From positions 9,348-73,347 of the forward strand of contig DAHVQB010000001.1 in assembly GCA_027317945.1 (NCBI GenBank): a stretch of 64,000 bases of DNA, read 5' to 3'. Each line of letters starts with the position of its first letter. Position 1 is the stretch's first letter. The DNA is from Candidatus Micrarchaeota archaeon (lineage in GTDB: Archaea > Micrarchaeota > Micrarchaeia > Micrarchaeales > Micrarchaeaceae). The notes under the pieces were generated by a model that did no database searches, had not been told where the DNA came from, and saw only the letters and a list, made by a program, of their open reading frames with translations. Position numbers and translations under genes: made by a program. Positions 54,624 to 64,000 of this stretch are shown here, in pieces.

Positions 54624-56048
54624 TCATATCGCAAGCAAGGCCTTGCTTGCGACAGTGGCTGCGCTTATCAGCGGGCCGGGGTATAAGCCAAGCAGTATTG
54701 TAGCCGCGAGCGCTATTACGACAACTGCATAGGTGTACTTGCCCATCGCAAGCATGTCGTGGGACTTGCCGCTGTACATGCGGTCTATGACTTTCGCATA
54801 ATAGTATATCGATATGAAGCTGTTTATTATGCCGAAGACCGCCAGATAAAGCAGCGTTTGCGAGTCTATCGCGCTAGAGAACACAAGGAACTTCCCTATG
54901 AAACCTATCAGCGGAGGCACGCCGGCCATCGAAAGCATGAGTATTGCTAGGGATATGGCGGCAAACCTGTTTCTGGAGCCTAGGGCGTTATAATCGTCCA
55001 GCGTCCTTAGGTTATTGGACTCCAGCCATAGCACTATGGCGAATGCACCTATTACCATGAAAAGGTGCGCTACGATCTGCAGTATGCTCGCCTCTATGCC
55101 GAACTGCGTGGCAACGGCAAGCCCTATGAGTATGTAGCCGGCCTGGGATATTGATGAATAGGCGAGCAGCCTCTTCACGTTAGTCTGCACAAGAGCAAGT
55201 ATGTTACCGTAGAACATAGTCGCTATCGAGAGCAGAACAAGTATTGGGGAGAATATCGGTTTGAACTGTATGAAAACGACGAAAAATATCTCCATTAGTG
55301 CTACGAACGCCACCTTCTTGTTTATTCCTGCCAGAAGCGCGGTAACGTTGCCCGGCGCGCCCTGATAGACGTCCGGCACCCACAGGTTGAACGGGAATGC
55401 CGCGACCTCGAATCCCATCGCAGCTGCGACGAGTATTATTGACAGTATGAGCAAGTAGTTGCCTGAAGCCGCGGTTGCGCCCGTGAACAGCGAAATCGCG
55501 GACACAGGGGAAAGAGTCAGCTGCAGGTCGTATGGGAACAGCAGCGCTATGGCGAACGAAAGCGCACCGATTGCTATGGCGCTTAGTATGAAGAGCTTCA
55601 CTGCCGCCTCTATGTGATGCCTGCCGCTCGTCATTATCATGAATGCGGTAGGCAGCGTCATCAGCTCCAATCCGAGGAGTATGGTCACCAATGAGTTGGC
55701 CATAGCCACTACGAACATGCCCACTATGGCGAAGCTGAAGAACAGCAGGAACCTGGTGAAGTTAGGATAGTGCTCGTATGACAGCGCGTTTATCAGCAGA
55801 AGTGCAAATGCGAACAGCCCTAGGAAGAATTCCGAGAAGCTGTACAGATGGAATATCGTGAATACGGTGACGTCGACGCCGGCTAGGAATGCATAAATTG
55901 ACAGTAGCAGTATGAGCGCGAGCAGCGCGCTGCTTGCGAGGAATGCCGCATACGAAAGCTTTCGCGGTATTGTTGCTAGCGGAACGATTATCAGTGCCAG
56001 CATAAGAACGATGATCGCATGCGCAACGTAGAACGGACCTATCAACAT
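54624..56048 (-). CDS. nuoN: NADH-quinone oxidoreductase subunit N
   Basis: 474-aa antiporter-like polytopic protein, last in the H-I-J-K-L-M-N order. Confidence 0.8.
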   Translation of the reverse strand: MLIGPFYVAHAIIVLMLALIIVPLATIPRKLSYAAFLASSALLALILLLSIYAFLAGVDVTVFTIFHLYSFSEFFLGLFAFALLLINALSYEHYPNFTRFLLFFSFAIVGMFVVAMANSLVTILLGLELMTLPTAFMIMTSGRHHIEAAVKLFILSAIAIGALSFAIALLFPYDLQLTLSPVSAISLFTGATAASGNYLLILSIILVAAAMGFEVAAFPFNLWVPDVYQGAPGNVTALLAGINKKVAFVALMEIFFVVFIQFKPIFSPILVLLSIATMFYGNILALVQTNVKRLLAYSSISQAGYILIGLAVATQFGIEASILQIVAHLFMVIGAFAIVLWLESNNLRTLDDYNALGSRNRFAAISLAILMLSMAGVPPLIGFIGKFLVFSSAIDSQTLLYLAVFGIINSFISIYYYAKVIDRMYSGKSHDMLAMGKYTYAVVVIALAATILLGLYPGPLISAATVASKALLAI

Positions 56049-56057
56049 TCATAACAC

Positions 56058-57470
56058 CTACAAATTGGAGAAACCAAGCAGAAGGAACGGGAATATACCG
56101 AAAAGCAGCATCGAGCCCATGAGTATCGCATAGCCGGCCTTCTCTTCCATGCCTATGTATTCGATGGGCTGCGATGGGTCTTTGGTCATCATGAAGGAGC
56201 GGTTTACCACAAGATAGAAGAACGCGCCTATCATGAGCAATCCCACAAGCGGCAGAGCCCCGGCTAGGCCGAATGCCTGTATCGCGCCTATGAATATAAG
56301 GACGTCGGCTATGAAGCCAGCAGTGAGCGGCACTCCAGTTATTCCGAAGACCCCCATTATGAACGAATAACCGGTGGACGCAGCCTTGCTCACCACGCCC
56401 TTCACCACCTTCATGTCCCTAGAACCGAATATGTGGTGCAGGCAACCGACAGACAGGAACATTAACGCTATGGTGACTCCGTGGGCGAACATGGCGTATA
56501 CGGCACCATACGTCCCGAAGGCGTTCATTGCGGCTATGGCCACCAATATTATCCCCATGTCTATTATTGTAGTGTAAGCTATGACGCGCTTTATGTCGTG
56601 CTGCATCATAGTTACGAATGCCGCGTATATCGTGGAGAATCCAGCGAGCACCGCTATGGGCACCGCGAGCTTGTTCGCTATCGGGAGCATTGTGAATATC
56701 AGCAGCATGCCATACGCACCGAACTTTGTCAGCACCCCGGAAAGCAGCATCGAGCCCTGGGTGGACGCTTCCGTATGGGCATCGGGCAGCCAGAAGTGCA
56801 CAGGGAACAACGGCATGTTGACCGCGAATGCAGCGAACAGCAGTATGAATATCAGCTCCTGCGTGGACTGCGGTATGCTAGACGCCGCTGCAGTTATTGA
56901 ACTTATATTGAACGAATGGACCGGCGTATAGAAGTATATCATCATTATGCCAAGCAGAAGGAGGGAGCTGGCGAATATCTCGTATATTATGAACTTTATA
57001 GATGCATATCGCCTGTTTGCGGAGCCCAGGACATTTATCATGAAGAACAACGCGATTACCCCTATGTCCCAGAATATGAAGAATATGAACAGGTTTGCCG
57101 ACGTGAAAAGGCCTATGGCGGAGAACTCGAATAGCATGATAAGCGTGTTTGCCGTCTTCACTCCAGCGCGCTCCGGATTGCCCGAGAGTATGGCTGCGAA
57201 GGCCACTATCGCGGTCATCAGGACCAGTATGAAGTTTATCGGCGTCATCTGCAACTGCAGGCTGATGTTGAACGCATTGATGTATGGGTATGATTCATTC
57301 ATGCTTAGGCTGCCCTGCAGCAGCGATGAGACAAGTATCAATATCGCTATGGCCAGCACTATTCCGGAGCCTGCGATAGCTAGGCGCTTGCTCAGTTTGC
57401 TGTCCAGGGCCAGTATGAACACTGACGCTAGGGCGGAGACGAGCAACATCAACCCTATCAATATAGTCAT
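56058..57470 (-). CDS. nuoM: NADH-quinone oxidoreductase subunit M
   Basis: 470-aa antiporter-like subunit (PLFPVHFWLPDAHTEAS motif) between L and N. Confidence 0.85.
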   Translation of the reverse strand: MTILIGLMLLVSALASVFILALDSKLSKRLAIAGSGIVLAIAILILVSSLLQGSLSMNESYPYINAFNISLQLQMTPINFILVLMTAIVAFAAILSGNPERAGVKTANTLIMLFEFSAIGLFTSANLFIFFIFWDIGVIALFFMINVLGSANRRYASIKFIIYEIFASSLLLLGIMMIYFYTPVHSFNISSITAAASSIPQSTQELIFILLFAAFAVNMPLFPVHFWLPDAHTEASTQGSMLLSGVLTKFGAYGMLLIFTMLPIANKLAVPIAVLAGFSTIYAAFVTMMQHDIKRVIAYTTIIDMGIILVAIAAMNAFGTYGAVYAMFAHGVTIALMFLSVGCLHHIFGSRDMKVVKGVVSKAASTGYSFIMGVFGITGVPLTAGFIADVLIFIGAIQAFGLAGALPLVGLLMIGAFFYLVVNRSFMMTKDPSQPIEYIGMEEKAGYAILMGSMLLFGIFPFLLLGFSNL

Positions 57471-57474
57471 AGTA

Positions 57475-59268
57475 TCACAATGCGAAAAGCAGTATCAGGG
57501 CAAGGAGCCCCATCATGAAAGCTGCTACGTAGAGGCTTGTCTGGCCGTTCTGCAGCTTCCTGAGGATAGTGCCTATCTTAACCAACCCCTTGCTGGAATA
57601 GTATAGCGCCATGTCGCAGTAATGGTCGAAGTGCCACACTATGTTGGCTATAAGCCCCACGAATGCCGTGAAGTGATTGTAGAAGCCGTTGATTTCTGCG
57701 CCGCTATTGGCGACACCGTGCAGTATCTCGTGCTTCTCTGTGAAGCCGCTGAGCTTCAGCTTTACATAAAGCATGTAAGCGATGGCGAATCCGATCACCA
57801 CGAGTATCGTCTCTATGATTGTATCTAGCAATGTTACAGATGCAGGCGCGCCGGGCAGAGGCAGGAGGTTTGTAAGAGTCACATAGAACACTGACCCTAT
57901 TATCACAAATGCAGCCAGTATTGTCGGCGGTATGAGCATGGACTTAGGCAGCGTCCTGTAGTTTATGTTGAGCGTGAATGCCTTTTCAAGGGGCGCTTTC
58001 CTCATCGGAACGAACAGCCACCTGAATATGTAGATGCTGCTCAGCAGGTCAACGATGGATAGCAGGATGTACAGAAGTATGTGTGGCAGCGATGAGAAAT
58101 TAGCAGCTGCGGAGTCGATGGCCACCTTACCGAAGAAGCCGCTGAGCGGGAACACCCCGGCCAGCGAGAGCGTGCCTATCACAGTAGTTATGAAAAGCCC
58201 TCTGTTCTTAGTCGAATTGAAGCTCTCGAAAAGGTCCTCTTCGTGGTCGCCGGCTGTCATGATGGAGCCTGCGCTCATGAACAGGAGCGCCTTGTAGAAT
58301 GCCTGCACGATGAATAGGAGCACTGCGGCGTAGAGCGCATTGAAGCCTATTGCTATGAACATCAGCGCGAGATCCTCTATCGTGGAATATGCAAGTATCC
58401 TCTTTATGTGGTGCTCGGACAGCGCGTTCAGGGCCCCCACCAGGGCGCTGACTATGCCGAAGATTATGAATATGCCAAGCATGTGGAGTTCAGCGTATAT
58501 GGGCGCCAGAACCAATATTAGGAACACTCCTGCCTTTACCATGGTAGATGAGTGAAGGAATGCGGACACCGGGGTAGGACCTTCCATGGCGTCTGCAAGC
58601 CACTCGGTGAACGGGAACTGCGCGGACTTGGTGAATGCTGCTACGGCGATCAGAAGCATAGCGGCGTAGAGCGCCGGTGTGACCGCAACGAAAGAGAGCG
58701 CGGAGAATTCGAACGTGTGGTAGGTGCTCCATATGAGCAGCATGCCGATGAGCATCGACACGTCGCCTATTATTATCGTGGTTATGGCCTTGCGCGCGGC
58801 TAGCTGTGCTTTTGGCTTGTGCTGCCAGAACCCTATGAGCAGGTAGCTTGTTATGCCCAGCATCTCCCATGCTATGAAAAGCGATATGAAGTTTGCGGAT
58901 ATTGAGAACAGCATCATCGAAGCCGCGAATATGCATATCTCGAAGTAATACCTGCCCTGCTCGGACGGGGTCTTTAGGTAGCCGAATGAATACGCGAAGA
59001 TGAGCGGGGCTATGAACGCCACTATGAGCAGCAGCATCATGTTCAGAGGCGCCGTTGTGGTCGTTATATGGAGGGCATACTGGCCCGCGGTGAACCATGT
59101 GAACGATTGAACGGCATTGGATGTCGTGAAAAACAGCAACGCTGCGATAAGAAGTGAGAGTAGGCTGCCCGCAAGCGCTATGTACTTCACGATGTCGGTC
59201 CTGGACCTGAGTATCAATGCTAGGAACGCGGCAATGATGAGCGGCACTATGACCAAAAGGGCTAGCAT
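57475..59268 (-). CDS. nuoL: NADH-quinone oxidoreductase subunit L
   Basis: 597 aa with the motifs WEMLGITSYLLIGFW and TEWLADAMEGPTPVSAFLHSSTMV. Confidence 0.9.
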   Translation of the reverse strand: MLALLVIVPLIIAAFLALILRSRTDIVKYIALAGSLLSLLIAALLFFTTSNAVQSFTWFTAGQYALHITTTTAPLNMMLLLIVAFIAPLIFAYSFGYLKTPSEQGRYYFEICIFAASMMLFSISANFISLFIAWEMLGITSYLLIGFWQHKPKAQLAARKAITTIIIGDVSMLIGMLLIWSTYHTFEFSALSFVAVTPALYAAMLLIAVAAFTKSAQFPFTEWLADAMEGPTPVSAFLHSSTMVKAGVFLILVLAPIYAELHMLGIFIIFGIVSALVGALNALSEHHIKRILAYSTIEDLALMFIAIGFNALYAAVLLFIVQAFYKALLFMSAGSIMTAGDHEEDLFESFNSTKNRGLFITTVIGTLSLAGVFPLSGFFGKVAIDSAAANFSSLPHILLYILLSIVDLLSSIYIFRWLFVPMRKAPLEKAFTLNINYRTLPKSMLIPPTILAAFVIIGSVFYVTLTNLLPLPGAPASVTLLDTIIETILVVIGFAIAYMLYVKLKLSGFTEKHEILHGVANSGAEINGFYNHFTAFVGLIANIVWHFDHYCDMALYYSSKGLVKIGTILRKLQNGQTSLYVAAFMMGLLALILLFAL

Positions 59269-59269
59269 A

Positions 59270-59569
59270 TCAGTCCCTCAACCCGGAAAGGTTAGTTATA
59301 TCCATCGTTGATTCCTCCTTAAGCATGTATTGATAGAAAGCTATGAGTGCTATCACCTCAACAGCGGCTATCGCCCATATGGCGAAGAGCAGCAGGACTA
59401 TCTGTCCGTTTGCATAGTAGTAGAAGAAGCCCACGGCCAGGAGCGTGGCTGCAACAAGCATCACCTCCATCGAAAGTATTATCATAACGAAGTGCTTGCT
59501 GGATACCACTCCTGCGGCTCCTATGGCGAACACGAGCATCGCAAGCAATATTACTAATATAGGGATCAT
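59270..59569 (-). CDS. nuoK: NADH-quinone oxidoreductase subunit K
   Basis: 99-aa three-helix protein at the conserved position. It overlaps the nuoJ stop. Confidence 0.8.
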   Translation of the reverse strand: MIPILVILLAMLVFAIGAAGVVSSKHFVMIILSMEVMLVAATLLAVGFFYYYANGQIVLLLFAIWAIAAVEVIALIAFYQYMLKEESTMDITNLSGLRD

Positions 59570-60063
59570 TTATCAGCACCATGATGATGGACTTTGGCCA
59601 TCTTTATGAGGAGTATCGCACCTAGCGAAACCGCGAAAAGCAGCAGCATGATTATATAGAACACAGGCAGCCATGAAGAGAAGGTGCCGGCTATTCCGCT
59701 GGACTGCAGCACGTTGCTTGCAGGAGATGCAAACATGATTGAGATGAGCGGATATGAGAGCACGGCGAACATGACTATCGATAATGGTATTAGTATATTG
59801 ATTCTTGCGTGCTTGAAGCGAGCTAGACCTGGCGCTGCCACCCCTACGAATATGTAGACGGATATGCCCCCTATCATTATGAATATCTGGAAGGCGGCAA
59901 GCAGAGGCTGCGACAGGAATGCGAACATTAGCGAATTTATCGCAAAAACGGATGTCAGCGCTATGGCGGAATGCATGAGGTTCTTGAAGAAGAATATTGA
60001 ATAAGCAGCGAATACCTCAAGGACCGCTATTATTCCAAAAACCAATGTGTCTGGGCTGACCAT
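59566..60063 (-). CDS. nuoJ: NADH-quinone oxidoreductase subunit J
   Basis: 165-aa hydrophobic protein between nuoI and nuoK. Confidence 0.75.
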   Translation of the reverse strand: MVSPDTLVFGIIAVLEVFAAYSIFFFKNLMHSAIALTSVFAINSLMFAFLSQPLLAAFQIFIMIGGISVYIFVGVAAPGLARFKHARINILIPLSIVMFAVLSYPLISIMFASPASNVLQSSGIAGTFSSWLPVFYIIMLLLFAVSLGAILLIKMAKVHHHGADK

Positions 60064-60075
60064 TTAGACCACAAT

Positions 60076-60447
60076 TCATTCCAGATCCTCGGGCCTCTTT
60101 ACGTACTCCCTCCTGTCGTACTTGACAAAATCATAATCCTTTGTAAGGGAGAGGCATTTTGTTGGGCACACCTCTTCGCACAGGGCGCAATACAGGCATC
60201 GCTCCAGGTTTATCTCCGGCATCTTCTTCACACCCTTCTCCGTGTCAACATCTACCATAGTTATCGTCTGGTTCGGGCATATCCTTGCGCAGGCTGCGCA
60301 GCTTATGCATGTCTTCATGTCGAGTTTGTGCACGCCGCGGTAGTTGTCGGTAAGCTCCTCCTTCTCGTCGGGGTACTCGAGGGTGGCCGGCTTCTTGACC
60401 ATCTCCTTCATAACAGTCTCAATCGATTTGACTATCATTGTAATCAC
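60076..60447 (-). CDS. nuoI: NADH-quinone oxidoreductase subunit I (2x[4Fe-4S] ferredoxin)
   Basis: Two CxxCxxCxxxCP motifs: CISCAACARICP and CLYCALCEEVCP. Confidence 0.9.
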   Translation of the reverse strand: MITMIVKSIETVMKEMVKKPATLEYPDEKEELTDNYRGVHKLDMKTCISCAACARICPNQTITMVDVDTEKGVKKMPEINLERCLYCALCEEVCPTKCLSLTKDYDFVKYDRREYVKRPEDLE

Positions 60448-60448
60448 T

Positions 60449-61498
60449 TCATTTTATGAACAATATGAACGTCACAAGAAGGTTCAACACGGCGAGCGGC
60501 ATCATGTACACCCACCCTATCCTTATGAGCCTGTCCAGGCGCATCCTGACCGTAGTTGCCCTTATCACTATTATGAACAGCGTAAATATAACAACCTTTA
60601 TCATGAGCCACACGAACGGCGGCAGGAAGCTCGGCCCAAGCCATCCGCCGAAGAATAGCACCACTATGAGCACGACGCCCGCGAGCATCCTTATGTAGTC
60701 GAGCAGCAGCACCAGGCTGTAGTATGGTGCGCTCACGTCAGTAAGCCAGCCGGCTATAAGCTCGCTGTCGGCCTCCCTTATGTCAAAAGGCGGCCTCTCT
60801 GTCTCCGCCAGCATCACTATGAAGAAGAGCACCGCCCCTATCGGCATGAGCACGAAGTACCATGTGCTGCTCTGCTGCGCCAACACGATGTTGGTTATGC
60901 TGAATCCACCGGCCAGGAGAGCCACAGTGGCGACCACGAGTATTAGCGGTATTTCGTAGCTGAGGAGCATTATGACTGACCTGGACGCAGCTATGGAGCC
61001 GAACTTGTTTCCGCTGGTCCATCCTGCCAGGAACACCAGTATCGGCACGACCGACACCAGAAGGAATACGACAACCAGGCTCAAGCTAGAGTTTATGGCC
61101 ACGAAGTTGGCCGTGAAAGGTATGAATGCAAGCATGACTACGAACGTAGCCACCATCATTGGTATCATCATCTGGAACAGGGGGTTGTCCGCCTCCTTCG
61201 GTATTATGTGCTCCTTTGTCACCAGCTTTATCAGATCGGCCAGGTTTTGCAGTATGCCGTATTTGCCCACGTAAGTCGGGCCGTGCCTCCTCTGCGCCCT
61301 TGCTATGAGCTTTCTCTCAAGCCATCCGAATATGTATGAGAAAAGGCTGAAGAATATTGAGAGGGCTATGGCGAATATGATTATGCCTATTATCATGGAT
61401 ATTATTGATGATAGCGTGGCGTTTGCCACAAGGTTTGAGACCAGAGGCTGTATCAAGTTGTATAGCTGATTTACAGTGCCAGAGCTTATTTGCACCAT
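60449..61498 (-). CDS. nuoH: NADH-quinone oxidoreductase subunit H
   Basis: ERKLIARAQRRHGPTYVGKYGILQNLADLIKLVTKE is the NuoH/ND1 signature. 349 aa, polytopic. Confidence 0.9.
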   Translation of the reverse strand: MVQISSGTVNQLYNLIQPLVSNLVANATLSSIISMIIGIIIFAIALSIFFSLFSYIFGWLERKLIARAQRRHGPTYVGKYGILQNLADLIKLVTKEHIIPKEADNPLFQMMIPMMVATFVVMLAFIPFTANFVAINSSLSLVVVFLLVSVVPILVFLAGWTSGNKFGSIAASRSVIMLLSYEIPLILVVATVALLAGGFSITNIVLAQQSSTWYFVLMPIGAVLFFIVMLAETERPPFDIREADSELIAGWLTDVSAPYYSLVLLLDYIRMLAGVVLIVVLFFGGWLGPSFLPPFVWLMIKVVIFTLFIIVIRATTVRMRLDRLIRIGWVYMMPLAVLNLLVTFILFIK

Positions 61499-61883
61499 TT
61501 GACTGCGCCTTGTTCCTATCTTATTACATTCATCTTTTTATTGTTTTGTTATATTGGTTGTACTTCTGCTTCGTGCCTGCGAATCAGTTGAGATACGACA
61601 AAATGCGGATTATGCCGTGCGATTACAGTTGCGCTGCGGCATGGTCTATGGCGCCTCGGGCCGTCCTGCTATGGATTAAGCGGTTTGCGCCGTTTTATGC
61701 ACGGCTTTTGCCAAAGGCAGCGAACCTGCATCTGGATGTTTTGGCGATGCATTGGCTGGGCGCACAATGAGGAGGTATCCGTTAGTCCCAAGGCTCTGTT
61801 TTTTATATATGCTCGGAAAAACAGTTATTTAGGCGATTATCGATGCGACCTTTGGTGCATTCGGGGACGCCGCAGTGTTAATT

Positions 61884-63140
61884 ATGTTGTTGGAATTCTT
61901 AGGGGGAGCCCAGGAAGTAGGCAGATCCGCCATATTCCTCAAGGACCAGAAATCCTTTATGCTGGACTATGGGGTAAAGCTTGACGAGAAGACGGAATAT
62001 CCGATAGGGCTGCCCAACGTTGATGCGTGCGTGGTAAGCCATGCACATTTGGACCATAGCGGATTCCTCCCAGGGGTGTACAATGAGCAGCTCGTGCCGA
62101 CATTCGGCACGCATCCTACACTGGAGCTTTCCAAGCTGCTGCTGGAAGACTCTCTGAGCATCGCCAAGAAGGAGCATCTGCAGCCCAAATTCCACAAGAG
62201 GCAGATAAGGACGTTCGAGAACAAGTTCGTGGGGCTCAACTACAACGCCACGCAGTCATTCGGCAACTATGATATAACCCTGCATGATGCTGGTCACATA
62301 GCCGGCAGCGCAATAACGCTGATAGAGAGACGGGATGCGCATGAGAACAAGAGGATAGTCTATACGGGAGACTTCAAGCTGCATGAGCAGCTGCTGCACA
62401 ATGGTGCGGATGTGGTTGAGTCGGATGTGCTCATAATGGAATCCACTTATGCCACCAGGCATCATCCCGATAGGGATGAACTGACGAGGAATTTCATCGA
62501 GGAGATAAACGGCGTATTGGAGGCAGGAGGCACTGCACTTGTCCCGGTGTTCGCGGTAGGCAGAAGCCAGGAGATATTGGCCATACTGCAGAAAAACGGG
62601 CTCGCAAGCGCCACATACGTAGACGGCATGGCAAGGACCGCGACCAAGATAGTCACGCGGCACCCCAAGTTCATCAGGAACCATAACCTGCTGAGCGGCG
62701 GCCTCAGGGAATCGACGCTCATAGAGGATGCCGGCACCAGGAAGGAGGCGCTTAGCGGACCGTCCATAATACTCACTACAGCAGGCATGCTTAACGGCGG
62801 GCCGGTGCTTCACTACATCAACAGGCTGAACGAGAACTCGAAGATAATACTGACAGGCTATCAGGTTGAGGGGACGAACGGCAGGAGGCTCCTCGAGGGT
62901 AAGAGCATATTTATAGACGAGATGGAGGTAAATATACGCACACCGGTAAGTTTTTATGATTTCTCAGCTCATGCAGGGATGAACGAGCTCTATGAGTACG
63001 TGAATAAAAGCTCGCCGAACGTCGTTGTGTGCGTGCATGGCGACAAGGGCAACGCGGAGGCGCTCGCGGATACGCTTAGGGGCGAGGGCTTTGAGGCGCA
63101 TGCGCCAAAGGTCGGCGACACAATAAAGCTTGGTGATTGA
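61884..63140 (+). CDS. Metallo-beta-lactamase / beta-CASP ribonuclease (aCPSF2-like, no KH domains)
   Basis: The motifs are VSHAHLDHSG and YTGDFK, followed by ESTYA. The beta-CASP region and C-terminal His (VCVHGD) are present. ATG at 61884; the ORF track starts at GTG 61875. Confidence 0.8.
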   Translation: MLLEFLGGAQEVGRSAIFLKDQKSFMLDYGVKLDEKTEYPIGLPNVDACVVSHAHLDHSGFLPGVYNEQLVPTFGTHPTLELSKLLLEDSLSIAKKEHLQPKFHKRQIRTFENKFVGLNYNATQSFGNYDITLHDAGHIAGSAITLIERRDAHENKRIVYTGDFKLHEQLLHNGADVVESDVLIMESTYATRHHPDRDELTRNFIEEINGVLEAGGTALVPVFAVGRSQEILAILQKNGLASATYVDGMARTATKIVTRHPKFIRNHNLLSGGLRESTLIEDAGTRKEALSGPSIILTTAGMLNGGPVLHYINRLNENSKIILTGYQVEGTNGRRLLEGKSIFIDEMEVNIRTPVSFYDFSAHAGMNELYEYVNKSSPNVVVCVHGDKGNAEALADTLRGEGFEAHAPKVGDTIKLGD

Positions 63141-63152
63141 ATAGGCATAATC

Positions 63153-63806
63153 GTGATATCGCTCGGGGGCAGCGTGGTAAGCCAGGAAAAACTGCTGAAC
63201 ACCGCTTTCCTGCGCAACTTCTCCAAGCTGATAAAATCAGAGACCAAGAACAACAGGTTCATAATAACGTGCGGAGGCGGCTATGTAAGCAAGCAGTATG
63301 TGAATGCGGCGAGCGAGTTCACGAAATCCAACTACACCAAGGACCGGATAGCCATAGCAACCACCAGGATGAACGCGCTGCTCGTATGCGCTTCCTTCGG
63401 GGAGGATGCGGTAGTGGCGAATGGCATCGATTCGGCTGCAGAGCTTATCAAGCACAACAATGTAGTGGTGCTTGGCGGCATAATGCCTGGTATAACTACC
63501 GACTCAGTTGCAGCCCTTTCCGCAGAAGCCGCTGATGCCAAGCTCCTTATCAACGTAAGCAGAGTGGGCGGCATATACGAAGAGCACCACAAGAACAAGG
63601 TAATGCCAAAGATGACTTATAACACCCTGATAGAATACGGCACCAGGCATGACCAGAGGGTCGCACGCTCCAATTTCATATTCGACATAGTCGCGTGCAA
63701 GCTGGCCAAGAGAGCCGGAATAAAACTGCATTTCATAGGCATGGGAATCTCTGACCTTAAGAAGGCAATAGCGGACACATCGCACAGCGGCACCGTCGTA
63801 TCTTGA
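63153..63806 (+). CDS. pyrH: Uridylate (UMP) kinase, archaeal type
   Basis: Amino-acid-kinase fold motifs are ISLGGSVV, ITCGGG and VVLGGIMPGITTDSVAALSAEAADAKLLINVSRVGGIY. GTG start. Confidence 0.8.
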   Translation: MISLGGSVVSQEKLLNTAFLRNFSKLIKSETKNNRFIITCGGGYVSKQYVNAASEFTKSNYTKDRIAIATTRMNALLVCASFGEDAVVANGIDSAAELIKHNNVVVLGGIMPGITTDSVAALSAEAADAKLLINVSRVGGIYEEHHKNKVMPKMTYNTLIEYGTRHDQRVARSNFIFDIVACKLAKRAGIKLHFIGMGISDLKKAIADTSHSGTVVS

Positions 63807-63848
63807 TTTTACATTGTTGACTACCATGCAAAAGAAGGGCGCTATCAA

Positions 63849-64000
63849 TTGTCGGCCAACGCCAAGGCGCTGATAGTAATATCACTTTTGATAGACGCAG
63901 CGGTGTTCCTGACGTTTGCTCATTATTATCCGATGCTGCCGAACACTGTAGCAACGCATTATGGAGCAAGCGGCGCGCCCGCTTCGTATGGACCCAAGAC
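63849..64000 (+). CDS. 3'-partial membrane protein, DUF1648-like N-terminus
   Basis: I translated this by hand: (TTG)SANAKALIVISLLIDAAVFLTFAHYYPMLPNTVATHYGASGAPASYGPK. The pattern lP..v.tHy...G.P..yG.K is DUF1648-like. It runs off the window end and the start is uncertain. Confidence 0.35.
   Translation, partial: MSANAKALIVISLLIDAAVFLTFAHYYPMLPNTVATHYGASGAPASYGPK

Noticed and set aside
61603-61770. 56-codon ORF MRIMPCDYSCAAAWSMAPRAVLLWIKRF...
   Set aside because: It is Trp/Ala/Arg-rich with an atypical composition, has no upstream signals and matches no motif. I treated the region as non-coding.
1-64000. CRISPR arrays, rRNA genes, prophage or integrase genes
   Set aside because: No regularly spaced direct repeats, no rRNA-like conserved stretches and no integrase, capsid or terminase-like ORFs were seen. 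The only repeats found are the two tnpB remnants and the 24-nt promoter-region repeat.

Overview
This is a gene-dense archaeal chromosomal segment with short intergenic spacers and frequent 1-30 nt gene overlaps. I found about 60 protein genes, 3 tRNAs and 1 RNase P RNA. There is no rRNA and no CRISPR array. Most genes are housekeeping: thermosome, SecY, SRP54, ThrRS, pelota, Trm1, CCA-adding enzyme, the adkA/DUF106/L34e/cmk/L14e block, histone, prefoldin beta, Lhr helicase, and an 11-subunit-type complex I lacking nuoEFG. There is also an N-glycosylation and envelope theme, with an AglB-like oligosaccharyltransferase, two GT4 glycosyltransferases, a GT-C-like membrane protein, a flippase-like protein and two sequon-rich anchored surface proteins.

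The mobile DNA consists of two decayed tnpB-only IS200/IS605 (IS1341-type) remnants whose omega-RNA-like 3' regions are still conserved.

The most unusual observations are:
- a stand-alone single-repeat (half-size) TBP gene
- a proteasome-beta-type Ntn hydrolase with intact Thr1/Asp17/Lys33 and a coiled-coil tail, sitting in a co-directional cluster with an interrupted ankyrin protein, a small Zn-ribbon protein, an atypical Mre11-like phosphoesterase and a DHH phosphoesterase
- two tRNAs with introns at the same T-loop position
- a very small (about 230 nt) RNase P RNA
- a split and permuted nuo operon
- a YidC/DUF106-like insertase carrying a roughly 200-aa glycosylatable ectodomain

The T-loop tRNA introns, reduced RNase P RNA and compact genes suggest a small-genome (DPANN/Micrarchaeota-like) archaeon. 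That lineage call is inference only. All family assignments come from reading motifs by eye; no searches were run.
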